In this document: positions 11,896 to 24,836 of the stretch, piece by piece
Layout: every line of letters begins with the position of its first letter
How positions within the stretch are numbered: position 1 is the first letter of the stretch
The notes under the pieces: generated by a model
Databases searched by the model: none
Told to the model about the DNA's origin: nothing
The model's input: the letters and a program-made list of their open reading frames with translations, nothing else
Assembly (NCBI RefSeq): GCF_006345805.1
Contig: NC_042999.1
Location: forward strand, 173,352,001 to 173,416,000
DNA length: 64,000 nt
Source of the DNA: Octopus sinensis
Taxonomy: Eukaryota
Direction of reading: 5' to 3'
Position numbers and translations under genes: made by a program

Positions 11896-14766
11896 AATAC
11901 TATAATCATAAATGATTATATATTGAATTTTGAGATACTAGAAGGCACCAACTCAACTCAGTATCAGAGCGAGCTAGAATCCGCAACTAGTATCACCAAA
12001 TGCAATGTGTGAATGAAAAGATTGTGTCACCAGAATATATATATTCTTATTTGCACTTTATATTTTGTTAGAAACTATGATTTCGAGTTCAAATAAATTT
12101 CCATGACCTAACTTCTAAATAATTTAATTCCAATGGTGGTTCTTTGTATCAATTTTTATTGTAGGTATTAATAATGAGGTATATGTCGTGCATGACCTTT
12201 TATTTGTAATCAGACGATTTGAAATATCATTTAACATTACAGCTAGGTTTTTTTCCGCAGTGAGCCGTTGTTCTAACTTGTGTATTCCACAAACTGGCTT
12301 TTCAAATACAAGGACATTTTCATCATGAGGAAATAGTTGCAGTGCAACGTATCCCATCCAAAAATGTCGGTACAATCTATTTCAGGTTGAGCTGAATATT
12401 ATAAGGGGAGTATGAAATAAGGCAAATTTAAAAAACAGTAATCCTCATCAGCTAATTTCTTATACGTATCATAATGCATATGGATTTGTAAACAACATCA
12501 AATCATTCTGTTTTAAAATCGCTTTAAAATATCTGCGCATGTAACATGGCTTTACACATATATACATGATTTTGCATGCAGGAACTATGTTATGTGAGGA
12601 GAATGCCATAGGTTTTCCATTTTTAACAATAAATCATTCACATTTAGCTTATATTTTCGATTTTTCCGAGATCGCAACTGAGCACATTTAATTTTCCAAG
12701 AACGTGGCTACGATTAATATATTTTCTCGTATATTTTACTGATTATATTATCAATAAATAGAATGTTTCCCAAAATATGCTACCCAGATCAAAGGTTTGG
12801 GGATGAAATTCTTAGAAAATTGCGAAAACGACTGCAATATTTTGTAAAAGTTTTAAAAAGAACACCACTTGTCGTGATCTCGAATATGGTTATTGATTTA
12901 TTGTAAAAAGAAAAAGATCTGTCAGATATTTTTCCTTATTAACATGCCAGCTCGTCCTTTACCATACACTAGAACTTTCCATAATAAAAAAATACAATAT
13001 TTTTGTGTGTGCATGTGTTGTGAGTTTATGCTTGTGGTTGTAGTCTAGATGTTCGACTGTGTCCGTATCTGTGTGGGTGCGATATTCATTATGGGACTTT
13101 AAAAGCCTTTTTCAGTATATTAATAAGTTTATAAGTAAAGATATGACAGACATAGTATTAGAAAAGCACAACTATGTAGCTTGTCCGTTGCTTTCTCTTT
13201 TTGCAAAGATTCCAATATTCGCGTTTCGCAAGACTCTTTGTAAGATTTCTAAGTACTATCTACTAGCAAAGATTGCATTGCGAGGTAGTAGGTTAGAAAG
13301 CAAGAATAAACAATACGTGCTTCATTACTGGAGCAAAGCTGCATCTGTGGATAATGTATTTATCTCATGTGAGACTGATCCATATGGTAGTATATAAATG
13401 CGATAGAGTAAAATTTACTATCAAACAACGATATTATATAATTAATAAGTTTCAGGGTAGAGTACAGATACTCGTGTAATATATCGCGATATCCCTGCCT
13501 ACTTATTCTTGCATATTTTCTTTTCACTATTTAATGGTATTCCTAGACGTGAAAGAATTCCGATATATAATATTCGATTACATCTAGTACGGGTTTTTTT
13601 TAGTATATTTATACTGAATAACGTATTCCTACTGTCGTTACTGTGTTGGTATGCAAAACGAATGTTACACGGATAAAATTACGGTATGAAAATAGGAACC
13701 CAATTTTATCGCATGAAGAGAAATTGTACTAAGGTTTTTTTTTGGCGCCGGGAAAACCTGGCAATGTATTTGAAAAGTTAATATTTTCTTAATGAATGCC
13801 GCTAGCAATTTTCTATATTAGATGTTCTACTATTAGGGTGACTCAGCTGTTTTTACATCTTCTGCACATGGAAGTATATGCCATTGGCAATTAATTTATT
13901 TTTTCTAAATATCAAAACTATTTGTGACAGCATATTAATTTGTCGTATCAACGTATTTTTGATCATATTTAAAATAATTTTCTGACGCTGGAACTCGTAC
14001 ATTTTCAAATTTATTAAATAGTATGATTCCAAATACAGATTAGTTCATGCCAAATAGCATTTTGTGAAATCCAAATTACATAAAACAATTCTAAGAACAT
14101 CTCAAAATGACAATTTTATGACATCGGGTTACAAATGACACTAAAGCTTCTTTCGAGTGTTTTTAGTTGGACGTGACAAATAATTATTGATTTTTCAGCG
14201 ATTTATATTCGTTGTTTATACTAGACTCATAGCTTAAAGCATTGTACTAGGAAATACTTTGTTTGCTTATATTTTGAAATAGAGTAATTTTGAGGGATTC
14301 AGACAGGTAGCATTTTCTCCCTGTAATAACAGTAATTTTCCATGTTGAACCAGATATTTGTTTTACTGAACATCTGAATAAACTGCTTAGGACTTCTATA
14401 ACAAACAACATTCAATTTCGTTCGTTTCCTTCGATTACGTAAATGGAAAGTGAAGTTTCTGTTTTGAACATTCATGCTCGTTTATAGATAATACATTTCA
14501 ATTTTCAATAAATTTTGATACTGCATATTGTCTGTAGATACAGTTACATGGAGAATTCTTACTCAACAGTTCTTTTTCATGTAATGATTCAGATTATGAA
14601 AATGCTTCTTCACTAAATCATATCGGGAAATGCTTGAAATCTCAAAGCTAAAACGGATGACATCAGAACCAAGTGTGGCATACTGAAGAAACCCCTATAG
14701 TAAATTTGTTCACTACTCTTACCCCGTTTAAAATTAACGACTTTCCATTAAACGCCAGGTCTAAAA

Positions 14767-14799
<33 letters not shown>

Positions 14800-14803
<4 letters not shown>

Positions 14804-14903
14804 CTGAAGATATTATGCTTAATTTATAGGTATATATACAATATGTGTGTGTGCATGCACGTATGTTAATACATGTATTATACATATACATGTACGCATG
14901 TAC

Positions 14904-14934
<31 letters not shown>

Positions 14935-15036
14935 ATATTTACTGAAGATATTATGCTTAATTTATAGGTATATATACAATATGTGTGTGTGCATGCACGT
15001 ATGTTAATACATGTATTATACATATACATGTACGCA

Positions 15037-15045
<9 letters not shown>
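14800..15045. repeat. Local tandem duplication (period 138) between (TA)n tracts
   Basis: ACTGAAGATATTATGCTT...GTACGCATGTACA identical at 14803 and 14941. Confidence 0.9.
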
Positions 15046-15074
<29 letters not shown>

Positions 15075-15326
15075 AATTTAACAATTAAGGATAACTTCTT
15101 AATAAGGAATCTTAACAAGAAACTATCAGGTAGTTAGCGTGAAAAACCTCATAAGAGAAAAATTCGAAAGTAATTTTTTCCTTTTGAATATATTAATTTA
15201 TATTATATAGAGGGCATTATTACACATAAATGCCTCACACTAGAGGGACATAAGTCATTACTACCAAAATTTCACTAATCATACCCAATGCAGTTTTTCA
15301 AAGCAAGACATTTAAAAGATGAATTT

Positions 15327-15393
15327 AGTCCTATATCACCTGTGATTTCGCACTTACCGCATAAAAAATGCGTCTATGTTCATCGGTAGAACT
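15327..15393 (-). ncRNA. Type I hammerhead ribozyme (family A, CCGAUGA core, first stem II pair mismatched)
   Basis: Minus strand AGTTCTA-CCGATGA-ACA...TGC-GAAA-TCAC-ag-GTGA-TA-TAGGACT. Confidence 0.75.
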
Positions 15394-15648
15394 GATTCTG
15401 AATACATCATAAATAAACGACCAACACTACCTGATAATTTCTTGTTAAGATTCCTTATTAAGAAGTTATCCTTAATTGTTAAATTTTTTCCGAAAAATCT
15501 TTTCCTATCCGAAATGCAGTTCGAAAAAGCCCGCCATTTACCGAATATATGATTTATAAACATCTCCATGTGCTTGGCCGGAGAGAGCAGTTGCCTGTTC
15601 GACTTCGCCAGGTAGTGTCGGTCGTTTATTTATGATGTGTTCAGAATC

Positions 15649-15715
15649 AGTTCTACCGATGAGCATAGACGCATTTTTTATGCGGTAAGTGCGAAATTAC
15701 AGGTGATATAGGACT
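15649..15715 (+). ncRNA. Type I hammerhead ribozyme (family A, CCGAUGA core)
   Basis: Stem I AGTTCTA/TAGGACT; CCGATGA 15656-15662; stem II GCA/TGC extended by CGCAT/ATGCG hairpin; GAAA 15693-15696; stem III TTAC/GTGA; AUA triplet. Confidence 0.82.
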
Positions 15716-16254
15716 AAATTCATTTTTTAAATGTCTTGCTTTGAAAAACTGCATTGGGTATGATTAGTGAAATTTTGGTAGTAATGACTTATGTCCCTCT
15801 TAGTGTGAGGCATTTATGTGTAATAATGCCCTCTATATAATATATATATATATATATAGATACGTACAGGCGTGTTCACACCTACATATCATAGTATGTG
15901 TAACACTGGCATTAAGTTTCTCTCACGCATAATATCTGTGTATATACACACTCACAAACACACACTGGTGTGCATGTATGTAAGCTGGAAACTAATAAAA
16001 TCTCGGCGTATATATTATGCAGTATTCGATACGGCATTCCGTCTCACTATACATTAACCCTGATATTCAATGAACTCCCTTGGTGCACGGAATTCAGGCA
16101 CATATCACTGATTGAGTAAATTGGTGTGCAGGCGTGGTTATGGATACGAAAATTGTTTCCCATCTACAAGCTTATGAGTTCAATGCTACCACATGACAAC
16201 TTGTGAGAGTATTTTTAGCTATAGCCACTATATAAACTTAGATAAAATAAGACT

Positions 16255-16893
16255 TAGATATGCTTCGGCCAAAGATGGGTCCAGGCCATGTCTAACTTAA
16301 TAGCCCCACCTGATAGGATTATCTAAATCCTTTTTAAGTCAAGTTGTGTGGTATTATAGTCCATTCAAGTAGTGAGTTCTTGTTGGGTGAGTTGTATCCA
16401 GGTATGAGTGGCTTATGTGGTATTCTTTGAAGTAATTTGTCCAGACTCCGTTTAAAGGTGATGGGATATTTTTCCTCTTTGATCGGTTTTGGGACAGAAA
16501 TTTTGTCGCAGTGTACCTATATGTTGTGATCCTGAATTGGGCAGGGGACGTATGGCCCGTGGTCACAGTCTTGGATGAACCTTGAAGCTAATGTTCAGGT
16601 CGTTTAGGCAATGAGGGTAGTATATTCTTCCCATCGTTCCAATGATGTACCGCTCGCAGCGGCGCTGGAGAGATTAGAGTAGCATGGCTTTAAGGCGGTC
16701 CCAGTAATCGAGATCTGTCATGCCCTTAATTCGTTTAGTAAGTGCTCACTGTGTTGATTCAATTTTTGAATGGGGAGATCACAGAGAGCAGCAGTATTTG
16801 AGGTGTGGCAGTATAAAGGAAGAGAAAAGTGGAATAACACTTGTTCTCTGGACCGGAAGGTTCTTAAGATCCAGGAGCTCATCCTACGAGCTA
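16255..16893 (-). mobile_element. CR1/L2-type LINE 3' fragment
   Basis: KVDVARRMSSWILRTFRSRE, YWDRLK, SLQRRCERYIIG: typical post-RT region of CR1-group ORF2. Confidence 0.75.
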
Positions 16894-17287
16894 CATCAAC
16901 CTTATTGATAATAATAAGTGGATGTAAACACATGAACAAAATAAGAATAAACAAAAACAACAACAACAAAAACAAATTACATGAACGTATATAAACAGAA
17001 TATACAAATATTACAGGCACCCCCCCACACACACTAAATAAACATAGACGCACATAGAGATATAAGCATGCACAAATGAAGACATACAATAGAAATACAA
17101 AATGGCTGACGGTTAGTAAGGAGAGACACAAATAAGAAAGAAGAAAAACAAAGGACCACTGATGCGGTCACAGGAGTGTGACGAAAGAACTTTGGCCGAA
17201 ATAAGATTAAGATTAATGTAAAAAATAAATAACACTGAAGCAAAATAACACCAAATATATAGTACGTGTGTTTTTATTGGCTAAACT

Positions 17288-17510
17288 GTGTGTGTGTGTC
17301 TTTGTATCAGTAGTTGTCCTTCACCACCGTTTGACAACCGGTATTGGTGTGATTATATCTCTGTAACTAAGGGTTCGGCGAAAGGGACGATACACTAAGT
17401 ACCGGGCCTTAATAAAATGAGTACTGGGATTGGTTCTTTCCACTAAAACCTCTTCAATGCGATGTGCTATCATGGCTGCAATTTAATGAATGAAACAAGT
17501 AAATGATAGC
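17288..17510 (+). mobile_element. SINE 3' half (family of 1332-1717), diverged
   Basis: TTGACAACCGGTATTGGTGTG...GGTTCGGCGAAAG...AAGTACC...CATGGCTGCAATTTAATGAATGAAACAAGTAA resembles the reverse complement of 1345-1515. Confidence 0.6.
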
Positions 17511-17740
17511 AGATAAAATATGTGCGTGTGCGCGCGCGCACGTATCTGTTTGTATCTGCATCTCCGTTTATGTTTGTCCAGCAAACCGCTTGGCAGCTGT
17601 TGCTGATGTGTTTACGTCGAGAAGGGAGGCCGGTAGAATAAGAACCATATCTTTGAAAAATTAAATCCTGATATCGATGTTCGACGAAATCCCTCAAGGG
17701 ATGCCTCCTTGCATTCCAATAATTGAAAGACGTAAAAGAT

Positions 17741-17741
<1 letters not shown>

Positions 17742-17815
<74 letters not shown>
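17742..17815. repeat. (GATA)n microsatellite
   Basis: Pure tetranucleotide tract. Confidence 0.95.
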
Positions 17816-17816
<1 letters not shown>

Positions 17817-17959
17817 GGGCACAGGTTTCGCTGTGTGGTAAGGAGTTTTCTTTCCAACCATATGGTTCCGGATTCCATCCTACTGTGCAACACCTTCAAA
17901 AGATGTCTCCTACTATCGACTCGGGCCGACCAAAGCCTTGTGAGTGTATTTGGTAGACT
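17816..17959 (+). mobile_element. SINE 5' half (tRNA head and central domain)
   Basis: GCTGTGTGGTAAG...TGGTTCCGGATTCCATCC...CTCGGGCCGACCAAAGCCTTGTGAGTGTATTTGGTAGAC. Confidence 0.75.
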
Positions 17960-18656
17960 AAAACCGAGATTCTTCAGTCGATCCCAATAATGAAGACCTG
18001 CCATGTCATCTATTTTTTTATTGATCTCTTTGTTGCTTCAGAATTTGTAAAACTTTGTTTCATGTTCGGAGTCATAGCGGGCAACAACATTCAATGTGAG
18101 GGCAGGCGAAGGTAGAGAAAGGTAATGTTAGGAGTATTGCTAGATCGGAAAGGCCTAAACATTCTGGAGCATGTCATAAAGATCATATCAACTTTGCTGT
18201 TTATGTAGTCACTCCAGTTTATGCTCTTATCAATAGTTACCAAGGACCCTAGAATTGTTTGATGTCAGGGGTGTAAGGTAGCTTAAGAGCAGCCTCTTTA
18301 CCGAAGTAGATTATCATATGAGGGATGAAACTTACTTTTCGTTATTAATACCTTCAAATGAAACTCAGTAATTTCAGTATCGGATTGAATCATTCACATC
18401 AGGCTTCTCTGCAGTTGTACGCTTAAATCACATCAAAAGTGATCACCTTTCAAAATGTTTATGAAATTTATAACACTTCTTGATTATTATAAACTACAAA
18501 TATTCATTCTAAATCCATTATAGTGTATATTCCACCGTTTGTCAGAAGAAATTTAACAGATGAAATCAGTACACTTGCATACATCATATAATATTCATGT
18601 ACGTGCATGTACATACCAATATATATACATGCATCAACTATGCACGCACATGCATA

Positions 18657-18704
<48 letters not shown>

Positions 18705-18789
18705 CAAATTTACAGAAAACAAAAGACGAAGACAAGTGTAGGAACAACAGGCTAGTATTAGTTTAACGCACGGGAAGAATGGAAAAGTG

Positions 18790-18823
18790 TTTTACGTTTC
18801 GAGCGTACGCTCTTCGACAGAAA
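18790..18823 (-). ncRNA. Minimal hammerhead-like motif, family B (CUGUCGA core)
   Basis: Minus strand TTT-CTGTCGA-A-GAGC-gtac-GCTC-GAAA-CG-TA-AAA; palindromic ACGT stem III as in PLE minimal HHRs; A6 replaced by U. Confidence 0.55.
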
Positions 18824-19536
18824 GTGTTAAGAAGAAAAAAGGGAAAGAGAATGACAAAAAAAGAGAATGAAATAAAAAAAAATGGCGAGAGAAAAAATGT
18901 GTAGGGTTTGACTTTTCAACATGATGAAACGGCCGGAGAAGAGTGGCTGAATGAAAGCGAAATAATAACGATGACTCGGCTGAACGAATTTGCTCAAGCA
19001 TGTGTGTGTGTGTGTGTGTGTGTATGTGTGGGTGGGTGTGTGTGCGCGTGTGTGTATGTGTGTATGATGATGGTCTGTGTGTGAATGTGTATATATTAAT
19101 GGAGGCTAGTGCGTGAGTAGGTATGTGTAGACGGCCTGAAAATTATGTGGGCCTGTGTGTGAATATGTGTGTAAGTGATCCAGAACCATATGCGTTACAT
19201 GTACTGGTATGTATGTGTATGTGTGCGTATGGACATGTCTATATATGTGTGCGATTATCATGTATATGTGCAAATGTGTGCGTATGCGTACAAGTAAACT
19301 AGTGTATGTGTTGTGTGGAGCGATGTGCGTTTTGTGCATTTGTGTTTGTGTGTGTATCTGCGTGTGCATGCATATGGGCGTGTGTATGTATGTGTGACTG
19401 AGGTGTGTGAGAGTGTGTGTATATGTATGTGTATTTCTGCTGTCCTAACGGCAATTCTGTCTTCGAAACAATATCAACTAGTTTGTATTGTTCATATATA
19501 GATATGTTTCTTTATTAGCCACACAGGGCTGCACAC

Positions 19537-19775
<239 letters not shown>

Positions 19776-19965
19776 AAAGTAGGTGCAGCAGAACATTATG
19801 TAATCAAAGGAAAACAATCCAATTTGCGCATGCAGAAAATATTCCATATTTTCACGGCTAAAGAACAGTTGCTTAACAGTATGCAAAAACTAACCCTAAG
19901 CTATTCGTACGTCCACAGAAGCACTTTCAAATAGTTCCATAGGAGTGACACATAATTTAGTAACC

Positions 19966-20123
19966 ACCACAGCTGTGTTGTAAGAAGCTTGCTTCCCAAT
20001 CCCGTGGTTCCAGGTTCAGTCCACCTGCGTGGCACCCTGGCCGACTGTCTTCTACTAAAGTGTCGGACCGACCAAAGCCTTGTGAATGAATGTGGTAGGA
20101 GGAAAATGAAAGAAACCTGTCGT
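19966..20123 (+). mobile_element. SINE 5' half
   Basis: GCTGTGTTGTAAGAAGCTTGCTTCCCAA...GGTTCAGTCC...GACCGACCAAAGCCTTGTGA. Confidence 0.75.
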
Positions 20124-20140
20124 ATATATATATATATATA

Positions 20141-20952
20141 TGTATATGTATATCGCCTCCCCCACACCCCACACTACTACACAACACACCACCACACCAC
20201 ACACCATCATACCACACCATACCACATCACAACAGGCCCCTTCCACACGCACATACACGCTCTCACATACATACGCACGGGCACCTTTGTTTTCGGATTT
20301 ACACTAGTTTATTATCTCCCGTTCTTCCTAGCCCTCCTGTGTGAAAACCCTGTCCGGCATTCGCCATGATAGATCGGTAGCCACTAAACCTTTTTCTGCT
20401 TTCTCTCCCTGTTTATTTTCGTGTTCCCTCCCGTCGAAGAGCCGTAGGCTCGAAACGTAAAAGACTTTCTCACTTCCTGAGCGTTAAACTAATACATCTG
20501 TTTGTTGTTTACACACCCGTCTGCGACTTTTTTTTTGTAAATCCTCAATATATATATATATGAGTGTGTGTGTGTTGAAAAAATACGGTTGAAAAAGTAC
20601 ACATTTCGATCTTCACTCTAAGTTCGGGATGATGTCAACCTTATAGTAGATTCTATAGCCATATCAAGTTTCCAAATCTCTCCCCCACATTTCTTCTCTC
20701 ATAAACTATGGTAAACTAGCAAAATATTGTTAACCAAGCCAACATACACTTAGTTCGTTGCAGACTACATCGGTGGACGCTTTTTCAATAGACTGCTATT
20801 CAAATGGTTGGTAGCAAATACAATTGGTATCTTCCTATGCAGCAGACACACGCGCTGGACAAATTTAAACCAAATATGCCGTATAATTGACTGTAGAAAA
20901 CAATATATGCCGATGCTATTAATCTCCGTATTCATTGTAATTACTTTATGTC

Positions 20953-20983
<31 letters not shown>

Positions 20984-20993
20984 TGTGTGTGAA

Positions 20994-21026
<33 letters not shown>

Positions 21027-21298
21027 ATACGATACTAGGTATATAATTGTGTTGAGCATGCATAATGTTATGAATACTTATAACATTACGCACAAATAAA
21101 ATTTAAGAGTTATGTTTTTTGTGTCTTAATATCAATGAAATTTCAGTGGATTAAAACAGTAAATACGCCTGTGTTGTTATTCAAGCATGGTGGTGTTCTA
21201 TAGAGAAAATAATACAGAGGAATATTGAGGACAGTTGTTGTGTATAAAGTAGAAACTGACAATATGCATACATAAACGCACAAATACACGTATATACA

Positions 21299-21374
<76 letters not shown>

Positions 21375-22209
21375 GTATATGTATATCGCCTCCCCCACAC
21401 CCCACACTACTACACAACACACCACCACACCACACACCATCATACCACACCATACCACATCACAACAGGCCCCTTCCACACGCACATACACGCTCTCACA
21501 TACATACGCACGGGCACCTTTGTTTTCGGATTTACACTAGTTTATTATCTCCCGTTCTTCCTAGCCCTCCTGTGTGAAAACCCTGTCCGGCATTCGCCAT
21601 GATAGATCGGTAGCCACTAAACCTTTTTCTGCTTTCTCTCCCTGTTTATTTTCGTGTTCCCTCCCGTCGAAGAGCCGTAGGCTCGAAACGTAAAAGACTT
21701 TCTCACTTCCTGAGCGTTAAACTAATACATCTGTTTGTTGTTTACACACCCGTCTTCGACTTTTTTTTTGTAAATCCTCAATATATATATATATGAGTGT
21801 GTGTGTGTTGAAAAAATACGGTTGAAAAAGTACACTTTGACCAACTACGTCTCGTATTCTCATTTCGATCTTCACTCTAAGTTCGGGATGATGTCAACCT
21901 TATAGTAGATTCTATAGCCATATCAAGTTTCCAAATCTCTCCCCCACATTTCTTCTCTCATAAACTATGGTAAACTAGCAAAATATTGTTAACCAAGCCA
22001 ACATACACTTAGTTCGTTGCAGACTACATCGGTGGACGCTTTTTCAATAGACTGCTATTCAAATGGTTGGTAGCAAATACAATTGGTATCTTCCTATGCA
22101 GCAGACACACGCGCTGGACAAATTTAAACCAAATATGCCGTATAATTGACTGTAGAAAACAATATATGCCGATGCTATTAATCTCCGTATTCATTGTAAT
22201 TACTTTGTC

Positions 22210-22242
<33 letters not shown>

Positions 22243-22252
22243 TGTGTGTGAA

Positions 22253-22283
<31 letters not shown>

Positions 22284-22555
22284 ATACGATACTAGGTATA
22301 TAATTGTGTTGAGCATGCATAATGTTATGAATACTTATAACATTACGCTCAAATAAAATTTAAGAGTTATGTTTTTTGTGTCTTAATATCAATGAAATTT
22401 CAGTGGATTAAAACAGTAAATACGCCTGTGTTGTTATTCAAGCATGGTGGTGTTCTATAGAGAAAATAATACAGAGGAATATTGAGGACAGTTGTTGTGT
22501 ATAAAGTAGAAACTGACAATATGCATACATAAACGCACAAATACACGTATATACA

Positions 22556-22560
<5 letters not shown>
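20141..22560. repeat. ~1.2-kb tandem segmental duplication bounded by (TA)n
   Basis: 20141-21302 and 21374-22560 nearly identical; offset 1233, rising to 1259 after a ~26-bp indel near 21836-21861. Confidence 0.95.
20431..20465 (+). ncRNA. Family B hammerhead-like motif, decayed (duplicate at 21664-21698)
   Basis: CCGTCGA-A-GAGCC-gta-GGCTC-GAAA-CG-TA-AAAGAC; stem I weakened. Confidence 0.4.
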
Positions 22561-22639
<79 letters not shown>

Positions 22640-23332
22640 GTGTGTGTGTGTATGTGTGTATGTGTGTATGTATATATGTATGTATATAAATCCACGTAAA
22701 CGAATCAATAAAACAGAGGAATGTAATCCTGAGGGATCTACCTATGCAAATGCTAAAATAAGTAGATATATCTAATCCCACCTTGTATTTGTGTATTTCA
22801 AAAGCATAAATTCCCATATTTGTTTGGGTTTTGTATATACCTCTGTGTGTGTGAATGTTTGTATGCGTGTGTGTGTCTTTCTATATGAATACATCATATT
22901 ATATGGATTGTAATGTGTGTGCAAGGTTTAATGGATGAGATACGTAGAATATATTTTCGTGCATAAAAATGGAAATTCTCTGAAAAGATAAAAACTAAAA
23001 TAACGGTAAAAATATAGAAACATTTATATTAGATTTAATGGGAACTTTACATTTACATATATCTTTGTCATATTTTCGTGTAGGAATGGGAAAAATACAC
23101 AGTACTCTTGTTTATGATGGTACGTAAGGTACACACGGCGAGGCATAAGCACGCACACACACACGCACACACACACACACACACACACACTCAAACAGAC
23201 ACATACACATATATAAATTTGTACAAACACATATATATCTATCTGTCTATCTTTCTATGTATACAAATTTATGTTTAAACTTATCTATTTATATGCATGT
23301 ACACACACACATTCACATACACACACATATAT

Positions 23333-23368
<36 letters not shown>

Positions 23369-23388
23369 TCACATACACACACATATAT

Positions 23389-23460
<72 letters not shown>

Positions 23461-24064
23461 TGTATGTATGTATGTATGTATGTATGTATGTATGTATTAT
23501 GTATGTATGTATGTATGTATGTATGTGTAACTATCTATCTATATACTTATATGTTTCTTGATATAAACACGAGGGAAAAGAGGAAAAAAAGCAATCAATA
23601 CTGATGAGAAAACATGTGCGTGTGTGAATTTGTATACTGCCATGTATGTGTCTACGTACGTCTATGTAAATGTATTTGTGTGTATGTATGTGTATGTGTA
23701 TATATATGTGTGTGTGTGGTGTGTGTGTGTTTGTGTGTGTGTGCTTGTATAATATAATATAAAACAATCGCGCATACAAACGTGCACTCCAACAGGTAGA
23801 AACGCACGCAAATACACACACGTAGACCATACGTATCTATGCTACCCGGCATTAGATATTCAAGCAGTATTTTACCCATAAATCGCAAACATTGAATTTC
23901 TCATGGATTCTGTCAAATGTGGAAGAAAGATATAACATTTATAGATAGAGTCACCTTAGATATAGAATACAGATATATGTTGTAGAATATGAAAATGCTA
24001 TCTAAATCATCTCTCTTTCGTATAATGGGCTTAATATCAAAACACGTTAGTCTCTCTCTCTCCA

Positions 24065-24119
<55 letters not shown>

Positions 24120-24299
24120 TTCTCTCTCTCTCTTTCTTTCTTTCTCTTCGTCTCTTCCACTCTCCCACTATATATTTTTCTTCTCGGTACACAGAGAAAC
24201 ATTCCTCTTCTAAGCATGTATAAATATATGTATACGCTGTCTCTCTTTTTCTTTTTCTCACTCTCTCTCCCAATCTTTCTTTATAAACACACACACACA

Positions 24300-24357
<58 letters not shown>

Positions 24358-24639
24358 TAAGAGAGAAATATAGTTATACATATGTACCATATATTTGTGT
24401 CTATACATACATATATATGTGTGTGTGTCTGTGTGTACATTGTGTGTGTGTGTACATGGGGTGTGTGTATGTATATGGTTGTGTTTGTGTACACACACAT
24501 ACAACCATATATATGCATACATATCAAAAAGCTGGTTTCCTGTATTCTTTGGGGTGTATATTACTACCTTGGATGGAAACCGGTGCATGAATCGACAGCA
24601 CAACCTTTCGATCAAGTGACTACAAGAGATTAGCATTAT

Positions 24640-24670
<31 letters not shown>

Positions 24671-24773
24671 CGCACACGTATATATGTTTATATATATGCA
24701 TTTATATATGCATTTATATATGCATTTATGTATTTATGTATGAATATATGTATGCATGCTCGTATATATATAT

Positions 24774-24836
<63 letters not shown>

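Larger units (their letters stand above)
10556..12033 (-). mobile_element. Tandem array of ~525-530-bp non-coding units, one hammerhead per unit (retrozyme-like)
   Basis: About 2.7 near-identical head-to-tail copies (AAAGGGTTTA at 10567, 11091, 11620); TA-repeat on both sides; no ORF. Confidence 0.9.
15073..15838. mobile_element. Family A element, two inverted arms, each with a hammerhead
   Basis: Homologous to 1858-2680; minus arm ~15073-15428 and plus arm ~15428-15838; (TA)n on both sides. Confidence 0.85.

Noticed and set aside
10556-12033. CRISPR array or LTR retrotransposon interpretation of the tandem repeat
   Set aside because: Units are contiguous ~530-bp copies with no unique spacers, no TG..CA ends, no PBS/PPT and no internal ORF.
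20808-21038. Duplicated 76-78 aa ORF (MVANTIGIFLC...)
   Set aside because: Duplicated only because of the 1.2-kb tandem duplication; non-ATG start, no recognisable domain, ends in (TG)n.
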